Source of the DNA: Candidatus Omnitrophota bacterium
GTDB lineage: Bacteria; Omnitrophota; Gorgyraeia; Gygaellales; Profunditerraquicolaceae
DNA: 64,000 nt
Direction of reading: 5' to 3'
Assembly: GCA_028717245.1 (NCBI GenBank)
Contig: JAQUOD010000009.1
Span: 228 to 64,227 of the forward strand
This document shows, piece by piece, positions 50,169-59,183 of the stretch. A program made the position numbers and the translations under genes. The notes beneath the pieces are model-generated. The model did no database searches. It had not been told where the DNA came from and saw only the letters and a list, made by a program, of their open reading frames with translations. How positions within the stretch are numbered: position 1 is the stretch's first letter; each line of letters begins with the position of its first letter.

Positions 50169-50572
50169 TTTGCCTCAGAAAAAAAACAGCAATTTGCCTT
50201 TTCATCGGCGTATTTATTTTTCTCCTTAGCGAGGCAGGCTCGGTAGAGGAGAAAAAGGAGCCGGCTAAGAAAATAGAGTATAAAGCAGAAAAGTTAAAAG
50301 ACCCCTTTCAGGAGGAAAACATAGGAGCGGAAGGAGGAGCCGAAGCCGCGCAAAAACCCTTACCGGCTTTAGCTATCCAGGGAATGGTCTGGGGAGGTAC
50401 CTTTCCTCAGGCGATTATCAACGCTAAGGTAGTAAAAATAGGGGATACCATAGCAGGGGCCAGGATTATAGATATTTCTAAAAGCGGGGTAACGGTATTA
50501 TATGAGGATAAAAAATATAATTTAGGGGCGCCTTTGGCAACAGCCCAGGACAATTCTCAAAAGAAACAGTAA
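50165..50572 (+). CDS. PilP-like pilus assembly lipoprotein
   Basis: signal peptide, C-terminal beta domain; precedes the secretin. Confidence 0.4.
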   Translation: MICLRKKTAICLFIGVFIFLLSEAGSVEEKKEPAKKIEYKAEKLKDPFQEENIGAEGGAEAAQKPLPALAIQGMVWGGTFPQAIINAKVVKIGDTIAGARIIDISKSGVTVLYEDKKYNLGAPLATAQDNSQKKQ

Positions 50573-50585
50573 GGAGGGATAGCAT

Positions 50586-52235
50586 ATGAAAAAAAACAGA
50601 TTATTTTTATACATTCGCGGCAACAAAACCGCGCCATTTATGGCGTGGATGGAGTTTGGCCGCTCAGTATTTCGCTCCAGGAAATCGCGGGCTTTAGTTC
50701 GCGGAGCTTCATTTTTCCTTATTTTTTATTTATTGTCTATAGAATCAAGCGCTACCCAGGAAGTTGCCGATAAAGGAGGCATAGCTTCCGCTGCCGGCGT
50801 AACCATATCCATGGATTTTCAGGACGCCAGCCTCAAGGACATATTAAAAATACTTTCTATCCAGTCAGGCCTGAATTTCATTGCTTCCGAGGCAGTGCAA
50901 GACAGAAAAATAACCTTGTTTTTAGATAAAGTGCCGCTTGAGGGGGTAATGGATAAGTTATTTACGGCAAATAATCTTTCTTACGAGCTGGACAACAAAT
51001 CAAATATATTTTTGGTAAAAGACTGGGGCAAGCCCCAGACTGAAACCATTACTAAGGTGTTTTACCTTAAATATGCTACGGTTTCCTCCTCTTCCTTAAA
51101 AGCAGAGATGTCCGATCAGATAGGCAGCAGCAGTTCATCCGGAGGCACAAGTAGTAGCAGCGGCAGTAGTTCAAGCGGAGGGAGCAGTTCCAGTAGCGAT
51201 GGCAAATGGGCAGTAGAAGAGGATGTAGGTATTACTAAGGCGGTAAAAAAGAACCTTTCAGAGAGCGGTTATGTAGTAGAAGATTACCGTACAAATAGTC
51301 TTATTGTTACTGATCTGCCTAGCCGTATACCGGTTATTGATAAAGTCATTGCCTCTTTGGATGTGCCTATACCTCAGGTGATGCTTGAGGTAGAGATGCT
51401 GGATGTGAGTAAAGCTAGTACCGAGAAGTTAGGGCTTAAATTCGGCCAGACGCCTTTGACCTTTGTATTAACCGGCGCTAAGCGAAGCACGGATTTTCCC
51501 TTCAGCTCTACTGTCCTGCCATACGCGGCAGCAAAACAAATGACACCCGGCAGTATGAGTTTTGCTACCGCATATCAAGTGACCTTAGATTTTTTAAAAA
51601 CCCAGACTGATACAAAATTTTTAGCCCGGCCGCGCTTATTGACTTTAAATAATGAAACCGCAGAGATAAAGATTACCACCCAGGAGGCAGTAGGAGAAAT
51701 ACTAACTGTTTCCGGAGAGAGCGGTAATCTGAGCACTACTACTGAAGCAGAAAGATATGAGACCGGTGTTTCTCTGCGGGTTACCCCGCAGATTAATCTA
51801 GAAACCGGAGAGATAACTATGTTTATCGTACCGGCAGTAGCCGAGGCAACTGCCAGCGGTATTACCAGCAGTTCGGGCGTCAAATTTTATAATCCTGAAA
51901 CCAGGACTACCAAATCCATTGTCTGCGTCAAAGATAATGAAACAGTAGTGTTAGGAGGGTTAATACGCAATAAAAGAACCCAGACCATTACCAAATTACC
52001 CTTTTTGGGCGATCTGCCTTTCATCGGGAAATTATTTACCCATAAAGACGTAGACCCGGGCCAGGAACGCGAATTGCTGGTGTTTATTACTCCGCATATA
52101 GTAAAAGATACAAGCATAGAATTTGCCAGCGTAAAAAAAATAGAGCCTCTTAATCTTAAGCGGGAACAAAGCATTGGTTCCGCACTCAACCGTCAGATGA
52201 CCATAGATTCAAGCCTGAATAGCCTGGAAAAATAA
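50586..52235 (+). CDS. pilQ: type IV pilus secretin PilQ (with Ser/Gly-rich linker and element C inserted in the N-terminal coding region)
   Basis: C-terminal secretin motif VVLGGLIRNKRTQTITKLPFLGDLPFIGKLF; GGAGG SD at 50572; alternative in-frame ATG at 50640. Confidence 0.8.
   Translation: MKKNRLFLYIRGNKTAPFMAWMEFGRSVFRSRKSRALVRGASFFLIFYLLSIESSATQEVADKGGIASAAGVTISMDFQDASLKDILKILSIQSGLNFIASEAVQDRKITLFLDKVPLEGVMDKLFTANNLSYELDNKSNIFLVKDWGKPQTETITKVFYLKYATVSSSSLKAEMSDQIGSSSSSGGTSSSSGSSSSGGSSSSSDGKWAVEEDVGITKAVKKNLSESGYVVEDYRTNSLIVTDLPSRIPVIDKVIASLDVPIPQVMLEVEMLDVSKASTEKLGLKFGQTPLTFVLTGAKRSTDFPFSSTVLPYAAAKQMTPGSMSFATAYQVTLDFLKTQTDTKFLARPRLLTLNNETAEIKITTQEAVGEILTVSGESGNLSTTTEAERYETGVSLRVTPQINLETGEITMFIVPAVAEATASGITSSSGVKFYNPETRTTKSIVCVKDNETVVLGGLIRNKRTQTITKLPFLGDLPFIGKLFTHKDVDPGQERELLVFITPHIVKDTSIEFASVKKIEPLNLKREQSIGSALNRQMTIDSSLNSLEK
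50610..50708 (+). repeat. repeated element family C copy 2, in-frame inside the pilQ 5' coding region
   Basis: ~95% identical to the reverse complement of 55280-55385. Confidence 0.85.
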
Positions 52236-52247
52236 TAAGGTAAAATT

Positions 52248-53969
52248 ATGCCTGCCAGAGAAAAATATCTAAGATTAGGCGAGCTCCTCCTTAAAGAGGG
52301 CATTATCACCGAGGCGCAATTAGAAAAGGCCATCACTGTGCAGAGGCAGGAGGGCGGGCGCTTAGGCGAAATTTTAGTGAAGTTAGGCATACTCAAAGAA
52401 GACCAGACCGTCGCCATCTTAAGCAAGCAGCTGAATATCCCCTATTATGGTATGGGTAGCGACTTAAAACCGACCATGGGAGAGAATTTAGAGCAGCTTA
52501 TCCCTAAAGATTTTGCGCTAAGGAATATGGTGCTTCCTTTATCGCGCACCTTAAGGTCGCTGACCATAGCCATGGCTGACCCCTTGGACCTTATCCTTAT
52601 TGATAACTTAAGAAAACTTACGGATTGCGAAATTAATCCGGTAATTGCCACCAGAACTGATATTACCAAGGGTATTGAGGGTTTTTACGGCAAGTCTAAA
52701 ATGTTTGAGGAAGCAGTAGAGGCCTCTTATGGCGGGGCCAGGGAGATTTCGGAAACCGAAGCAGAAGAAGCTACGGACCAGGAGTTGAGCCTGGATAGGC
52801 TGATTGCCCGCGCAGAAGAAGCGCCGGTAGTCAAGCTCGTAGATTTGATTATCCGCCAGGCCATTGATGAGCGCGCTTCCGATATCCACATAGAACCCTT
52901 TAAGGAAAGGATCTCTTTACGTTACCGTATCGACGGAAAATTATATGAGATCCCGCCGCCGGCCAAGCAGCTGCACTTACCGATTATCTCGCGTATCAAG
53001 ATATTGAGTAAATTAGATATTGCCGAGAAGCGCCTTCCCCAGGACGGGGCATTCTTAGTGAAGTTAGAGGACCGGCCTATAGACATCAGGGTATCTACGG
53101 TCCCTACGATATACGGGGAAAAAATAGTAATGAGATTATTAGATAGAAGCGTTGTGGTTTTAAACCTGGACCAGATGGGTTTTGAGGCCAAGCAATTAGA
53201 ACTCATCCGCCGCGCCATAAATTTGCCTTATGGCCTGGTTTTGATCACCGGCCCCACCGGCAGCGGAAAGACCACCACCTTATACGCTATCTTAAGCGAG
53301 ATAAAAAGCCCGAGCAAGAATATTGTGACCGTTGAGGACCCGGTAGAATACAAATTAGACGGGATTAACCAGGTCCAGGTAAAGCCCGAGATAGGGCTTA
53401 CCTTTGCTAATGCCCTGCGCAGTTTCTTAAGGCAGGACCCGGATATAATGTTAGTGGGCGAGACCCGCGATTTGGAAACCGCCCAGATTTGCATCCGTTC
53501 GGCCTTAACCGGGCATATGGTATTTAGTACCCTGCATACTAATGACGCGCCTTCGGCAATAACCCGGCTTATTGATATCGGCATTGAGCCTTATATGGTC
53601 GCGCCATCGCTTTTAGCAGTATTCGCCCAACGTTTAGTCAGAAAATTATGCCCGGATTGTAAGGAGGCATATGAGCCTACTTTAGAAGCAACCGGAGGCG
53701 TAAAAATCAAGGCGGATTTAATCTATAAGCCCAGGGGTTGCAGTAAATGCGGCCAAATCGGCTATAAAGGCAGGACCTGCGTTTGCGAGGTAATGGTAAT
53801 CAATGAGCAGATCAGGAATTTGATTAGCCAGGCTGCTTCCTTTCAGAAGATCAGGGATGCGGCTAAGGAAGCAGGCATGTTCACCCTTTATGACTCAGCC
53901 ATAAAAAAAATTGAAGACGGAATTACTTCTTTAGAGGAAGGCCTCGCCGTGACCCTGGGGGCAGAATAA
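52248..53969 (+). CDS. pilB: type IV pilus assembly ATPase PilB (GspE family)
   Basis: GSPII_E N-domain, Walker A GPTGSGKTTT, Asp and His boxes, CxxC...CxxC. Confidence 0.9.
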   Translation: MPAREKYLRLGELLLKEGIITEAQLEKAITVQRQEGGRLGEILVKLGILKEDQTVAILSKQLNIPYYGMGSDLKPTMGENLEQLIPKDFALRNMVLPLSRTLRSLTIAMADPLDLILIDNLRKLTDCEINPVIATRTDITKGIEGFYGKSKMFEEAVEASYGGAREISETEAEEATDQELSLDRLIARAEEAPVVKLVDLIIRQAIDERASDIHIEPFKERISLRYRIDGKLYEIPPPAKQLHLPIISRIKILSKLDIAEKRLPQDGAFLVKLEDRPIDIRVSTVPTIYGEKIVMRLLDRSVVVLNLDQMGFEAKQLELIRRAINLPYGLVLITGPTGSGKTTTLYAILSEIKSPSKNIVTVEDPVEYKLDGINQVQVKPEIGLTFANALRSFLRQDPDIMLVGETRDLETAQICIRSALTGHMVFSTLHTNDAPSAITRLIDIGIEPYMVAPSLLAVFAQRLVRKLCPDCKEAYEPTLEATGGVKIKADLIYKPRGCSKCGQIGYKGRTCVCEVMVINEQIRNLISQAASFQKIRDAAKEAGMFTLYDSAIKKIEDGITSLEEGLAVTLGAE

Positions 53970-55207
53970 TGGCAAGGTTTACTTATACGGCCAGAGACAA
54001 TAAAGGTGAACGGCTTAGCGGTTCGGAAGAAGCGGTATCTTTAGATGAACTCACCAGCCGCCTTCAGGCAAAAGGTTTAACAGTAATAAATATAAATATC
54101 CTGCCCGAAGCCAAAGAAGAAAAATCTGCTCTTAAGCCGGAAGCAAAAGAAAAAAAACGCCGGTACCGCCATAGCCGCGTTAGCAGCGATGATTTGGTTA
54201 TTTTTTCCCGGCAATTAGCCGCTCTTTTAGGTTCAGGGGTAACGATTCTAAAGAGCATAGATATCATTTCTAAACAGGTATACAGCCGTAAATTATATAA
54301 TACGCTTAAAGAAATAGAAGGCAATTTAGAAGGAGGCTTAAGTTTTCACGAAGCCATAGCCAAACAATCGGACGTATTTGCCGATTTATGGGTTAATCTG
54401 GCAGAAAGCGGTGAAGCCAGCGGAAACTTAGCCGTAGTTTTAGGCCGTTTAGCTACTTATTTGGAGGTAAGGGCTGCCTTTAAGAAGAAGATTGTCTCTG
54501 CTTTGGTTTATCCGGTTATCCTGATGTTTGCCGGAATCGGCGCGTTGCTTTTTTTGACCTTAAAAATCATCCCTACCTTTGCCGAATTGTTCAAGTCCTT
54601 TAATGTCACCCTGCCCACGCTCACCAGGATAATTATCTCCTTTAGCAACTTTCTTCAGAAATATTTTCTGGTTATTATAGGTATCATTGTTGTGTTTTCT
54701 TTTATATTCAAAAGGTATATCAAGACCAAAGAAGGGAGAAGGAACTTTGAACGGTTCCAATTGAGTTTGCCGGTGTTTGGCGAGTTTTTCCGCGCCCTTA
54801 TCGTAGAGAGGTTTTCTTCGGAGATGTCCACCCTGATTGAAAGCGGGGTGCCCCTCTTGTATTCGCTGGAGATCACCGAACACAGCGTAAGCAGTTTAAC
54901 CATGGAAGAAATCGTGCGCCAGATAAAAGAGGATGTGCGTGAAGGCAAACCCTTAAACAGCAGTTTAGATAAGAGCGGTTTTTTTGAGCCGATGGTCATC
55001 CAGATGGTCGCTATCGGGGAGGAAATCGGGGAATTGCCCCAGATGTTCAAGCGTATTAATACCTTTTATATGGAATACACCGAGACCTTTTTGACCCGCT
55101 TTACCGCGATGTTTGAGCCGCTGATGTTGATATTTATGGGCGGGGTAATCGGGCTGATGGTCGCCGGGATATTTTTGCCCATATTCCAGCTCACCCAGAT
55201 GAGATAG
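53969..55207 (+). CDS. pilC: type IV pilus platform protein PilC (GspF family)
   Basis: duplicated T2SS_F domains, three TM regions. Confidence 0.85.
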   Translation: MARFTYTARDNKGERLSGSEEAVSLDELTSRLQAKGLTVININILPEAKEEKSALKPEAKEKKRRYRHSRVSSDDLVIFSRQLAALLGSGVTILKSIDIISKQVYSRKLYNTLKEIEGNLEGGLSFHEAIAKQSDVFADLWVNLAESGEASGNLAVVLGRLATYLEVRAAFKKKIVSALVYPVILMFAGIGALLFLTLKIIPTFAELFKSFNVTLPTLTRIIISFSNFLQKYFLVIIGIIVVFSFIFKRYIKTKEGRRNFERFQLSLPVFGEFFRALIVERFSSEMSTLIESGVPLLYSLEITEHSVSSLTMEEIVRQIKEDVREGKPLNSSLDKSGFFEPMVIQMVAIGEEIGELPQMFKRINTFYMEYTETFLTRFTAMFEPLMLIFMGGVIGLMVAGIFLPIFQLTQMR

Positions 55208-55218
55208 GAAAGAAATCA

Positions 55219-55247
55219 TTGACATCGGATTAAATTATTGATAAAAT
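55219..55247 (+). promoter_or_regulatory. candidate sigma70 promoter TTGACA-17-TAAAAT upstream of the pilin array
   Basis: consensus -35 and near-consensus -10 with 17-nt spacer. Confidence 0.4.
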
Positions 55248-55279
55248 TAAAAAACATAAAGGAGGTGGGATAAAAAAAT

Positions 55280-55385
55280 GAAGCTCCACGAGCTAAAGCC
55301 CGCGGTTTCCTGGAGCGAAATACTGAGCGGCCAAACTCCATCCGCGCCATAAATGGCGCGGTTTTGTGGCCGCGAATGTATAAAG
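55280..55385 (-). repeat. repeated element family C copy 3 (inverted relative to copy 2)
   Basis: with copy 2 it brackets pilQ-pilB-pilC. Confidence 0.85.
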
Positions 55386-55457
55386 ATAAGCAGGTAGCAG
55401 GCACCTAAAACAAAGAAATTAATATTTAGTTAAGTTTATTATACAAGGAGGCTCAAG

Positions 55458-55892
55458 ATGAAAAAAGGTTTTACGCTCTTAGAACTAATCGTAGTCATGA
55501 TCATCATCGGTATCCTGGCTACCTTAGGTATCCAGCAATACGCCCGGGCAACAGAGAGGGCAAGAGGCGCTGAGGCCAGGCAGGTTTTAGGCCAGATCCG
55601 CACTACTGCCGCAGGATTTCGCTTACAGAATGGAAATAGTTGTGCAGGGTTTGGGAATGACCAGGCTGGTATTGGCACTGAGACTGACCGGATTCCCATA
55701 GATTGCACCAGAGCGACACACTATTTCAGGTATGGGGTTACAGCCGCTACCGCAGATGCTATTATTCTTACTGCTACACGTTGCACAGGAACTAACGGCA
55801 AACAACCGGGCGCTTCAACAGCTTTTCAACTCACTCTAAATACTGACTTTGTATTGGGCACTGATACCTGGGCCGGAAACGGCGGGTATTAA
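55458..55892 (+). CDS. type IVa pilin paralog 1 (MKKGF|TLLELI)
   Basis: prepilin leader, E+5, Cys pair, C-terminal TWAGNGGY; GGAGG SD. Confidence 0.85.
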   Translation: MKKGFTLLELIVVMIIIGILATLGIQQYARATERARGAEARQVLGQIRTTAAGFRLQNGNSCAGFGNDQAGIGTETDRIPIDCTRATHYFRYGVTAATADAIILTATRCTGTNGKQPGASTAFQLTLNTDFVLGTDTWAGNGGY

Positions 55893-55904
55893 TTTAGGCT
55901 CAAG

Positions 55905-56339
55905 ATGAAAAAAGGTTTTACGCTCTTAGAGTTAATCGTGGTCATGATCATTATTGGTATCCTGGCTACTTTAGGTATCCAGCAATACGCCCGGGCAACA
56001 GAGAGGGCCAGAGGCGCTGAAGCCAGGCAGATTTTAGGCCAGATCCGCAGCACTGCCGCAGGGTATTATTTACAGAATGGAACTTGCGTAGGGTTTAATG
56101 ATACATTAGCGGGTATTGGCGGGAATCCTGACCAGATCCCTACCGGATGCAGGGCAACACACTATTTTAATTATTATATTAATATCGGATATCTGACTAC
56201 GGACGTTATGCGGGCTACTGCTACCCGTTGCATAGGAGGTAGGGGTAAACCGCCGAGCGCTTCAACAGCTTTTCAACTCACTCTGACTACTAATTTTGCT
56301 AATGGCAATGACACCTGGGGCGGAAACGGCGGGTATTAA
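55905..56339 (+). CDS. type IVa pilin paralog 2
   Basis: N-terminal 55 aa and last ~25 aa shared with paralogs 1, 3 and 4. Confidence 0.85.
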   Translation: MKKGFTLLELIVVMIIIGILATLGIQQYARATERARGAEARQILGQIRSTAAGYYLQNGTCVGFNDTLAGIGGNPDQIPTGCRATHYFNYYINIGYLTTDVMRATATRCIGGRGKPPSASTAFQLTLTTNFANGNDTWGGNGGY

Positions 56340-56351
56340 TTTAGGCTCAAG

Positions 56352-56786
56352 ATGAAAAAAGGTTTTACGCTCTTAGAGTTAATCGTGGTCATGATCATTA
56401 TTGGTATCCTGGCTACTTTAGGTATCCAGCAATACGCCCGGGCAACAGAGAGGGCCAGAGGCGCTGAAGCCAGGCAGATTTTAGGCCAGATCCGCAGCAC
56501 TGCCGCAGGGTATTATTTACAGAATAGAACTTGCGTAGGGTTTAATGATGCAGCAGCTGGTCTTGGCGGGAATCCTGACCAGATCCCCAGGGCATGCAGG
56601 GCAACCCACTATTTTTATTATTTCATTAATACTGTAAATGCGGACGGTATTTTTGTTGCTGCTGTGCGTTGCTCAGGAACTGATAACGGTAAACAGCCGG
56701 GTGCTGCTTCTGTTGATCGCGTCCTTACTCTAACTACTAACTTTGCTAATGGTGTTGATACCTGGTCCGGAAACGGCGGGTATTAA
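56352..56786 (+). CDS. type IVa pilin paralog 3
   Basis: as paralog 2. Confidence 0.85.
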   Translation: MKKGFTLLELIVVMIIIGILATLGIQQYARATERARGAEARQILGQIRSTAAGYYLQNRTCVGFNDAAAGLGGNPDQIPRACRATHYFYYFINTVNADGIFVAAVRCSGTDNGKQPGAASVDRVLTLTTNFANGVDTWSGNGGY

Positions 56787-56798
56787 TTTAGGCTCAAG

Positions 56799-57233
56799 AT
56801 GAAAAAAGGTTTTACGCTCTTAGAACTAATCGTAGTCATGATCATCATCGGTATCCTGGCTACCTTAGGTATCCAGCAATACGCCCGGGCAACAGAGAGG
56901 GCCAGAGGCGCTGAAGCTAGGCAGATTTTAGGCCAGATCCGCGCTACTGCCGCAGGGTATCGCTTACAGAATGGAACTTGCACAGGGTTTAATGATGCAG
57001 CAGCTGGTATTGGCAGGAACCCTGACCAGATTCCCAGGGTATGCGCGTCAACGCACTATTTTTATTATTGGCTTCATCCTGATACTGGGGGTGATACTTT
57101 TCGGGCTATTGCTACGCGTTGCACGGCAGCAGAAAGCGGTAAGTCACCAGGAGCTTCAGCAGCCCTTTTCCTCTCACTAACTACTAATTTTGCTAATGGC
57201 ACTGATACCTGGTCCGGAAACGGCGGGTATTAA
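56799..57233 (+). CDS. type IVa pilin paralog 4
   Basis: as paralog 2. Confidence 0.85.
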   Translation: MKKGFTLLELIVVMIIIGILATLGIQQYARATERARGAEARQILGQIRATAAGYRLQNGTCTGFNDAAAGIGRNPDQIPRVCASTHYFYYWLHPDTGGDTFRAIATRCTAAESGKSPGASAALFLSLTTNFANGTDTWSGNGGY

Positions 57234-57274
57234 TCTTTAGGGAGCATTGATACATTCGTAAAAGGAGGCTCAAG

Positions 57275-57676
57275 ATGAAGAAAGGTTTTACGCTCTTAGA
57301 GTTAATCGTAGTGATCATTATCATCGGTATTTTGGCTACTTTAGGCATTACCCAGTATGCTTCCACTGTTGAAAGAAGCCGCGTTGCCGAAGCCAAGGCT
57401 AATTTGGGGTCGTTACGTACCCTACAGCTTGCTTATTTTCAGGATAAAGATGAGTATGCTTCAGTAGCTAATTTGGAAGCAAATCTGCCTACTGATACTT
57501 GCACTAGCCAGTACTATTTTAAGTATAGTTGCGACGCTGGGGGGAATGGAACTGGAGAGTGTACTGCTACCAGATGTGGATCTGCCGAGAATGGCAAATC
57601 TCCAGGCTATACAGGGAACGCATATAATATCAGACTCGAGATAAATGGCGAATGGAACAGTGATGCGGGCTGGTAG
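57275..57676 (+). CDS. type IV pilin (divergent fifth pilin)
   Basis: MKKGF|TLLELIVV leader; GGAGG SD; four Cys. Confidence 0.8.
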   Translation: MKKGFTLLELIVVIIIIGILATLGITQYASTVERSRVAEAKANLGSLRTLQLAYFQDKDEYASVANLEANLPTDTCTSQYYFKYSCDAGGNGTGECTATRCGSAENGKSPGYTGNAYNIRLEINGEWNSDAGW

Positions 57677-58124
57677 TAAAATATACCGGAAATCTCGCCA
57701 GAAATACCCCGGGGTTACCTTATTAGAGCTCCTGCTGGTAACTCTGGTGGTAGCTATTTTAGCCGCCTTAGGCGTGATGCATTATGGCGCCAGCCCCGGA
57801 GAACGCACCAGAAGTAAAGAAGTAATTGCTAACCTTAAACTCATTGCCGCTGCCGAAAAAATCTACCGTATGGAAACAGAAAGTTATTATGCTTCAACAG
57901 GCGCGACCCCCCAGGAGCACATTCAAAATATTAATAAGTATTTGAAATTGTCTTTAAGTATAAGCAGTTCGCGGAATTGGGATTATTCCGTTACTGCTGA
58001 TGCAGACGATTTTACCGCCTACGGGGACAGGGTGGAATCGGCTCCGAGCCCATACAATACCTGTCAATATTCCATTGATGATAACCTGGATGAACCGAAG
58101 CCAGTTGGCGGTAACTGCCCTTAG
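57663..58124 (+). CDS. pilin-like protein with long (17-23 aa) leader ...RQKYPG|VTLLELL
   Basis: G-1 and E+5 present; start uncertain (57645 or 57663). Confidence 0.55.
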   Translation: MRAGSKIYRKSRQKYPGVTLLELLLVTLVVAILAALGVMHYGASPGERTRSKEVIANLKLIAAAEKIYRMETESYYASTGATPQEHIQNINKYLKLSLSISSSRNWDYSVTADADDFTAYGDRVESAPSPYNTCQYSIDDNLDEPKPVGGNCP

Positions 58125-58147
58125 GGAGATTTAATCAGTAAGATACT

Positions 58148-58525
58148 TTGATTTCCGGTATGCATAATAAAAGTTTAACCCTCCTGGAGATTCTGGTAGC
58201 TGTGCTTATCCTGGCCTTAGTCATGGCCGGTATCGCCAATGTTTTTATTGCCAGCAGAAGGCGTTTAGGGCAGAGCCGCTCGAAAATCCAGGCTGCGGAA
58301 TTGGGGAGATTGTTTTTAGCCCCTCTGCAGAATCAAGTAAGACAAGACCTGTGGGGAAAGAATTGTTTGAGCGGTAAAACCGAAGAATGCCCGGGCCCAG
58401 AAAAGCTTGGCTTTACCACCTACAAACCTGCCTATGAAATTACTCCGGTTGTAATTGCGGGAAATACTCTACCTTTGCAGAGAGTAAAGGTTACTATCAC
58501 CTGGGATGAGCCCCAATCAAAATAA
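58148..58525 (+). CDS. minor pilin-like protein (NKS|LTLLEIL; no Gly at -1)
   Basis: hydrophobic N-terminal helix with E+5. Confidence 0.5.
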   Translation: MISGMHNKSLTLLEILVAVLILALVMAGIANVFIASRRRLGQSRSKIQAAELGRLFLAPLQNQVRQDLWGKNCLSGKTEECPGPEKLGFTTYKPAYEITPVVIAGNTLPLQRVKVTITWDEPQSK

Positions 58526-59114
58526 GTCACTTACCCTCCTGGAGTTATTAATCTCTATCAGTATCTTAGGCCTTCTAGTTTTGGGATTTTCCAACCTGGA
58601 TACCTTTACCCGTTACCATGTGGCTACTTCAGACAGGCAGGCGAAACTCCAGAATGACGCTAGCTATGTCTTAGAGCATATGGCAAAAGAGATCAGTAAG
58701 GCAATTGGCAATGTTCAGGACGATAAACCCCCCATCACCATCACTGCTATTCGCGGCGATCCAGCCATAAAAGTATGGATAGATTCTAATGGTTCAGGCC
58801 AGCGCGATACCGGTGACAAGCAAATTGCTTATCGGTATCACATAACACAAGCTTCAGCTGGAAGATGCCAGGTTTGGTACTGCCCTTATTGTAGGGATGA
58901 ACAACTCTGTGAATCTTGTGACCCCTGGTGGAGTGTTTCTAATAATGTCTTGAGTAAAAAAATATCTGGTTTTGATGCCGTCTATGATGCTGACGGCAAT
59001 TGTATTGATATTGAAATCACTGCCTGTTGGGATCCCCTGGCCGCTTCTTCGCCGGATAACCCTTGCGTTACCCTGCGCAACTGCATCAACCTGCCTAGTG
59101 TTTCTAGCAATTAA
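58506..59114 (+). CDS. minor pilin-like protein, Cys-rich C-terminus (NKS|LTLLELL)
   Basis: same leader type; 20-nt overlap with upstream gene. Confidence 0.5.
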   Translation: MSPNQNKSLTLLELLISISILGLLVLGFSNLDTFTRYHVATSDRQAKLQNDASYVLEHMAKEISKAIGNVQDDKPPITITAIRGDPAIKVWIDSNGSGQRDTGDKQIAYRYHITQASAGRCQVWYCPYCRDEQLCESCDPWWSVSNNVLSKKISGFDAVYDADGNCIDIEITACWDPLAASSPDNPCVTLRNCINLPSVSSN

Positions 59115-59183
59115 AAAAGCAAGATACTTTTTGTTTGCTAAATCACCCAAGTTGTGCTAAATTTAAGCTTAAATTAATCTTAT

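Noticed and set aside
55300-55375. Short + strand ORF MKLHELKPAVSWSEILSGQTPSAP inside family C copy 3
   Set aside because: It is 24 codons inside a repeated element and is element-derived, not an independent gene.
55439-57396. Reverse-strand ORFs 55439-55708, 56783-56983 and 57193-57396 with a shared ...IPKVARIPMMIMTTISSKSVKPFFILSL sequence
   Set aside because: They are antisense to the conserved 5' ends of the tandem pilin genes. The similarity comes from the pilin duplication, not from a gene family.
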